From: Fonticula-like sp. SCN 57-25
Taxonomy: Eukaryota
DNA: 55,962 nucleotides
Direction of reading: 5' to 3'
Assembly (NCBI GenBank): GCA_001724245.1
Contig: MEDX01000012.1
Location: 1-55,962 of the forward strand
The translations under genes were made by a program, and so were the position numbers. The notes under the pieces were generated by a model that did no database searches, was not told where the DNA came from, and saw nothing but the letters and a program-made list of their open reading frames with translations. Positions 50,596 through 55,962 of this stretch are shown here, one piece after another. The first letter of the stretch is position 1, and each line of letters starts with the position of its first letter.

Positions 50596-51903
50596 ATGTC
50601 GGCGGTGCTCGATACGCCCGAGCGCGCCATTGCGCGCTGGGATGGCGTATCGCATCTCCGCTCGTACTTTATGAGGCGCGTATCAGAGCTGAATGTGAAG
50701 CGCGGCGTGCCGATGATGTTTTCCCGCTTCCTCGTCGACCAGGATCACACCACCGGCGCCGATCCCCTCGTCCTGCCGTGGCCCGACCACACGCAGCTGC
50801 GCGTGGAGCTCGCCAAGGAAGGCGTGTCACCCGTCGATCTTGATCACTTTCAGTACGACTTGACGGCCGCGTGCGCCCGCCTTGCTTCTGATCTCGCGCT
50901 GGCCTCGACCGCGCCTTCTGCGTCCGGGATGCCTTCTGGGCCGTCTTCAGATGGCGCTGCACCTGCATCGTCGCTTGTGGCGCACCTGATCCGCCCCGCC
51001 TCCCCCTCTGACCCCTGGACGGTCTCGTGCGGCGGCCTGTCCTACCTGATCCACCGCTCGCATCTGGACAAACTGCACATATTTTACACGTCGACGCAGT
51101 CCTCCCCCGACTCCACCCCTGACGTATTTGCGGCGCGCGTCTTTTGCCTGCTGTCGCGCTACACGCTACTGGACGACGTCGGCTACCAAGCGGCGCTTGC
51201 GCCGTCCGTGTTTGCTTCGCTCTCGCGCGAGTTTGGCGTGTCTTGCGAGTGCTTTGCATCGCCGCTCAACTGCCACTACCGCAGCTTTTGCAGCGCTTTC
51301 CCCGACACGGACGCGCCGTTTGGCAGCCTCGGCTCCTTCTTTGACTACTTTCCGACGTCGGGCTCGTTTGAGGCAAATCCTCCGTTCACCGAGCCGCTGA
51401 TCCGTCGCACGGCGTCGCACATCGAGTCGCTGCTGAGTGCGGCGGAGCACAGCGACGCGCCGCTCTCCTTTGTGGTGTGCGTGCCGTGCTGGGCCGATAG
51501 CGACGGCTTCGTCGCCATGCGACAGAGCAGGTTTCTCGCGCGCTTCTTCGCCGTCGACGGCGAGCGGCACGGCTACGTTGTCGGCGACCAGCACGTCGCA
51601 AAGGTCGCGCGGCTGCCTGCGTCGTTCGAGACGGCCGTGTTTGTACTGCAGAACGCGGCGGCAACGAAGGTGTGGGCGCCGACCGATGCTCGCGTGGAGG
51701 AGCTCAGGAGGGCGTTCGAGGCGTCGCGTCCGAGGCTCAGCCCGGAGGAGGAGAGGAGGAGGGAGGAGCAGAGGAGGCGGAAGAGGGAGAGGGACAGGAG
51801 GGACGCGAGGCCGCAGGAGGTCAACAGGGAACAGGCGCTCAAAGAATACGTCAGCGAGGCCGTGTTGAGGGCGCAGGCAAACGAGAAAGAAAAAGAAGGC
51901 TGA
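50596..51903 (+). CDS. PCIF1/CAPAM-like N6-adenosine methyltransferase lacking a WW domain, intronless
   Basis: YQAALAPSVF, ECFASPLNCHYRSFCSAFPDTDAPFGSLGSF, GSFEANPPF, PLSFVVCVPCW, H.Y..GDQH. Confidence 0.88.
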   Translation: MSAVLDTPERAIARWDGVSHLRSYFMRRVSELNVKRGVPMMFSRFLVDQDHTTGADPLVLPWPDHTQLRVELAKEGVSPVDLDHFQYDLTAACARLASDLALASTAPSASGMPSGPSSDGAAPASSLVAHLIRPASPSDPWTVSCGGLSYLIHRSHLDKLHIFYTSTQSSPDSTPDVFAARVFCLLSRYTLLDDVGYQAALAPSVFASLSREFGVSCECFASPLNCHYRSFCSAFPDTDAPFGSLGSFFDYFPTSGSFEANPPFTEPLIRRTASHIESLLSAAEHSDAPLSFVVCVPCWADSDGFVAMRQSRFLARFFAVDGERHGYVVGDQHVAKVARLPASFETAVFVLQNAAATKVWAPTDARVEELRRAFEASRPRLSPEEERRREEQRRRKRERDRRDARPQEVNREQALKEYVSEAVLRAQANEKEKEG

Positions 51904-52207
51904 TTTGCACAACACACCATATAGATGCCCATTTTATATCGCATCCTCACGCTTGTATCAATATACATCTTGGAACAAGATACCGCCATCTCCCTCCTTG
52001 TATTGTGGTCAAACGGGGCGTGTTCTATCTAGCATGTTGCTGTCAAAGCAAGTATAAGCATCGCCGATTCTCTCTCTGTGATTTGTCGGCAAACGTGCAA
52101 TACTTTAGCGGCGCCAATTTGCGCTCCTGTCCATTTATTTGTTCAAAAATAAACACTGCCAAAAGAATGACACACAAACTGCCACACGCACGCCCCACTC
52201 GCGCGCG

Positions 52208-52229
52208 CACACACACACACACACACACA
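52208..52229. repeat. (CA)n microsatellite
   Basis: About 11 uninterrupted CA units following a (CG) run. Confidence 0.9.
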
Positions 52230-52271
52230 GTCACAGACACACACTTTCACGCACACATTGTCACACAAATC

Positions 52272-53825
52272 TTAATGGTTTGCCCTCCACGCCCCGCGTG
52301 AGGCGGACCCCCCGCGCTGCGCGGCGCCTGCCTTCCCTCCGGTAGCCCCCTGCTTGGCGCCCGCGGCCCTGCTGGGCGACGAGCCGCCGACCTGCTCGGT
52401 CTTGACGCGGACGAGGTCAACGCTGGGGTCGCTGGGCGCCCCGGCCGCCGCCCAGAGCGCCGCAAGGCACTCCTGCGGGCTCTTCTCGGCGACGCGGTCG
52501 CGCGGGAACACGTCCTGAAGCTCGTTGCTCGAGAAGAACGCCGCGTCGGCCCACTTGCTCTCGATAAACTCTGAATTCTGCCTGCGCGGCTGCACGTCGA
52601 GCGCAGTGCTCGTCGGCACGACGAACACGGCGGTCGACGCGACGACCCACTTGCTCTCAAACAGCGGCACGTCGACACGCACCGCCAGCTCGCGCGCGCG
52701 CGCCAGGTCGCTGAAGCGCACGCCAACCTCGTCCGTCAGCTCCTGGCGCGCAGTATCCCACGCGTCGCGGAAGCCGTCCAGCTTGCCGCCGGGGAGCGAC
52801 CACCGCGGCGTGTTGCTAAACACCGGCGCGTCGGACGGGGCCCCAGAGGCGGTGGCGGCGGAAGCGGCGGCAGCAGCGGCAGCGGCGGCCTCCTCCTCCT
52901 TCTTTGTGCGCTTCTCCTCGTCCTCCTCGTCGTCCTCGTCCTCATCCTCGTCCTCATCGCCCATGTTGAGCATGGCGAAGCGGTTGAGGGTTGTGGTCTT
53001 CGGCGGCGGGCCGACCGTAACCGCGGCAACGGCCTTGGGCGGGGGCAGCAGGTGAGCCGGCGGCTTGGCCTGCACGTACTTCAGGAACAACTCCTGCGTG
53101 AGCGAGTTGGGCCAGTCGCGGTGGCCGAGCTCGAACGCCGTAAAAACGCCGCGCAGCACGCGGCTAAAATCGCGCGCGTGGTTCGGGTCAAACAGCGAGC
53201 GCTCCGACGGCGACCACTGCGTGAAGCGGTCAAAGCTGATCGGGTCGACGGGCGTGGTGGGCTCGTTGCCGGCAAGGTGAACGAGCTCCTTGATGGACCA
53301 CTTCGCGTCGAGCATGAACGCAGACGAGTTGAGGTTGCGGAGCACAAGAGCCTTGCGGCCGGGAGCGCGCGACACGAGCATCATGCGCGAATGCGACGTC
53401 ACGCGGACAGGGCCCGACTCGGGAGCGGGCTCATCAGAGGGGACGGCGCGGAGGGACGCGCACTTGGCGCGGTACTTGACAAAGCCGTTGCGAGACTGCT
53501 TGCGCTCGACCTGCAGATCCACGAGATCCACGGCGCACGGCGCAACGAGCGAGACATCGGGATCGACGTCCGTCTGCACGCTCAGGCAATAGTCCTTGGG
53601 AGGAAGGACCTTGGGCGCGGCGGGCGCGGCGGCGGGATCCTCCTCGGGCTCGGCATCGGCGGCGCCCTCCTTGGCGGCGGCAGCGGCGGCATCGCGGGCG
53701 GCGGCGGCCTTGTCGACCGGGCTCGGGTCGACAAAGCTCACCAAAAGCCACTTTTGCGTCGAGCGCTCGAGCAGCACGCCGCGGACAAGCGCGCCCTGAA
53801 AGACGACCTCGGTGTTCTCAGACAT
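52272..53825 (-). CDS. Nudix-fold protein with an uncharacterised N-terminal region and acidic insert, intronless
   Basis: WSLPGGKLDGFRDAWDTARQELTDEVGV is a variant Nudix box; downstream NSEFIESKW motif. Confidence 0.75.
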   Translation of the reverse strand: MSENTEVVFQGALVRGVLLERSTQKWLLVSFVDPSPVDKAAAARDAAAAAAKEGAADAEPEEDPAAAPAAPKVLPPKDYCLSVQTDVDPDVSLVAPCAVDLVDLQVERKQSRNGFVKYRAKCASLRAVPSDEPAPESGPVRVTSHSRMMLVSRAPGRKALVLRNLNSSAFMLDAKWSIKELVHLAGNEPTTPVDPISFDRFTQWSPSERSLFDPNHARDFSRVLRGVFTAFELGHRDWPNSLTQELFLKYVQAKPPAHLLPPPKAVAAVTVGPPPKTTTLNRFAMLNMGDEDEDEDEDDEEDEEKRTKKEEEAAAAAAAAASAATASGAPSDAPVFSNTPRWSLPGGKLDGFRDAWDTARQELTDEVGVRFSDLARARELAVRVDVPLFESKWVVASTAVFVVPTSTALDVQPRRQNSEFIESKWADAAFFSSNELQDVFPRDRVAEKSPQECLAALWAAAGAPSDPSVDLVRVKTEQVGGSSPSRAAGAKQGATGGKAGAAQRGGSASRGAWRANH

Positions 53826-54187
53826 GCCTGGAAAGAGGGGGCTCTTGTTCTTTTTCTCTCGCAAGAGATGGCACAAGGAGGACGCGCGGCGAGGAGCAAT
53901 GTGGCGCTTGAAAGGAAGGAAACCTTTCGGTATCGATGGTAAGGATCGATGTGATTGGTGGATCGTTGGGGAAAAGGGCTCCTATTGGTGCACTCCGGAC
54001 CCCAATAGTGACACGAATTTTTTTCTTCAACGCAGACAAGGCGGGAACAAAGGACCATGTACAATTGTATTGATATGCTGCATGCCCTGAGTGAACCGTA
54101 ATTGTAGTTTAAGTACTTTTCTCAACATTTCACTGCAGCATAGTGTGGACACCAAGCTTACTGTTCGACTCTTTGTAAAATGGCAAT

Positions 54188-54246
54188 TCGGACATGCAAC
54201 TATAGTAGATAGCGTCGGACATGCAACTATAATAGACATGCCTATA
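54188..54246. repeat. Short direct repeat in the Nudix upstream region
   Basis: TCGGACATGCAACTATA at 54188-54204 and 54215-54231, plus a degenerate third GACATGCCTATA. Confidence 0.75.
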
Positions 54247-54427
54247 CTGTATTCAAACATCAAAATGCCTCATTTCATACATGCTGACTATACACTCGCA
54301 TCTACGAGGATAAAATGCAATAGGGCAGGTTGAATTTACACTTCCCGTTCTTCATAGTGTTATCTACCAATTATGTACCAATTTCGACACGCTGATTATT
54401 ATGTTGAATAAAGACCGCCAAGCAACG

Positions 54428-55605
54428 CTAAGTGTCCTTGCAAATGGCGCTCTTTCTCCTTTCTTGCACTGCCTGTGCGAGCCTCTCGAGGATCCTCCCC
54501 GTCGTCGCCATGTCGACGCACGCGTCCGTGACGCTCACGCCGTACCGCATCCCCTCCTTGGCGATGCGCTGCGCCCCCGCATGTATGTTGCTCTCAATCA
54601 TGGCACCCATGATAGCGCGCTCCCCTTGTGCCACCTGCCTGGCCTACCCGTCAGGTCCCATTTAGTGCGAGAAGCGACCCTAGAGCGCGGCGTACGACGT
54701 CTTCCGCGACGGCCTCCTGGCGAGTATAGTCCCCCTGACAGTTACCGTGCGAGCAGTCGACAATGATGCGCGGGGCAACCTTTTTAACGCACATCATCGC
54801 CTTGGCCTTGGCAACGTGCTCGCCGCCATAATTAGGCTCGCCGCGCGCACCGCGCAATATCACGTGACCCATACTGTTGCCGTTTGTGCGCGCGATGGCA
54901 GCGCGCCCGCTCTTGTCAACGCCGAGAAAGTGGTGTGGCTGGGCGGCGCTAAGAACAGCGTCCACGGCGATGCCAATGCCGCCGTCCGTGCCGTTCTTGA
55001 ACCCCACCGGGAACGACGAGCCCGAAGCCAGCTCGCGGTGCAGCTGTGACTCGGTTGTGCGCGCGCCCACGGCTCCCCACGAGAAGAGGTCGCTCAGGTA
55101 CTGCGGGGAAATCGTGTCGAGCAGCTCGCACCCGACCGCGACGCCGCACGAGACGAGTTCTACAAGGAGGCCGCGCGCGAGACGGAGGCCGTCGTTGATG
55201 CAGAATGAGTTGTCCAGGTAAGGATCATTGATAAGGCCTTTCCAGCCAATGGTTGTGCGAGGCTTTTCAAAGTACGCGCGCATTATAACAACGAGATCGG
55301 CCTCGTGCAGATGAGCAAGCTGGGAAAGAAGGCGGCCATACTCTTTCGCCGCCGAGACGTCGTGGATCGAGCAGGGACCAACAACTACAATCAGACGATC
55401 ATCGAGGCCGCTCAAAACGCGCGTCACTATTCTCGAGGTTCAGTGAAATTACCAAGCGGGACAGGAACAGCGGACCGGCATCGCGCGCAGAGACGACAGT
55501 CGCGCGTCCAGATGCTGACAGGGGTAGATCGGCGATCAGATCTTCGGGCGCAACCAGCGTGTCGTATCCAACCACGTGCATGTCGTCTACTTTTGAGGAG
55601 CCCAT
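54428..55605 (-). CDS. Class I (AroF/G/H, Aro3/Aro4-type) DAHP synthase; 2 introns
   Basis: DDRLIVVVGPCSIHD, MRAYFEKPRTTIGWKGLINDP, GARTTESQLHRELASG, GFKNGTDG, DCSHGN, YGVSVTDAC. Confidence 0.96.
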
Positions 55606-55962
55606 GAGGGAGAAGTGTGCTGTGGACGAAAGGCACACGCCCGCTGAGCGAGAACCTCTGAAACACGTCGCATGGCCATGAGCGCCCTGTCGAACGGGTT
55701 GAACGTGGCAAACGCTGACATCAAGATCAAGGCTTGTAGCACATATCCACAACCCTCCTACAGGCCTGTGGGCATGAGCACCAGTCCAAACATAGATGAG
55801 GTAATGAAGTGCACCGCGTGAGCAGCTCTAAAGCTTTCCGAGAGGCTTCTGTGGGCGGCGGGCGCCATTTGAATACCTAGCCCTGCACAGAGGCGTCTGC
55901 TTTTGAGAGTTTACCTTGCATAGACACTGTTGTATCCAGAGAGGGTATCAACATCAATGTCG

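Noticed and set aside
54188-54246. Direct repeats as a mini CRISPR array
   Set aside because: Repeats of 17 bp with a 10-bp spacer, eukaryotic context and no cas genes.
55760-55930. Possible hairpin RNA (H/ACA or SECIS-like) upstream of the DAHP synthase gene
   Set aside because: Pairing is imperfect, boxes are not correctly positioned, and there is no in-frame TGA selenoprotein candidate nearby.

Overview
Gene-dense, GC-rich eukaryotic nuclear DNA from a compact, intron-rich genome: about 26 protein-coding genes in 56 kb, roughly 70 mostly 45-65 nt GT-AG introns, and several head-to-head gene pairs less than 100 bp apart. No prokaryotic, viral, CRISPR, tRNA, rRNA or transposon signal was found. 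The gene content mixes families best known from animals (EPG5, EROS/CYBC1-like, STARD3NL-like, SIK-like kinase, p62-like, PCIF1-like) with fungal/plant-type genes (class I DAHP synthase, PSD2, Rax2-like, phytochelatin synthase, FAE1-type KCS). This points to a unicellular opisthokont or close relative (inference; species not determinable). Best observations not shown by the ORF track: (1) a dual-guide box C/D snoRNA with compensatorily altered C/D boxes inside an IMPDH intron; (2) a 4-exon gene for a 50-aa microprotein; (3) an EROS/CYBC1 homolog; (4) a SIK-type kinase that retains a MARK-type KA1 domain; (5) unusual architectures (multi-pass membrane + cytosolic LRR, PHD + F-box + LRR, SAM + multi-pass); (6) a GTRCGY splice-donor bias and clustered E2F-like, E-box and CRE motifs. 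All family calls come from motif recognition by eye, not database searches, and I cannot demonstrate a multi-gene novel system.
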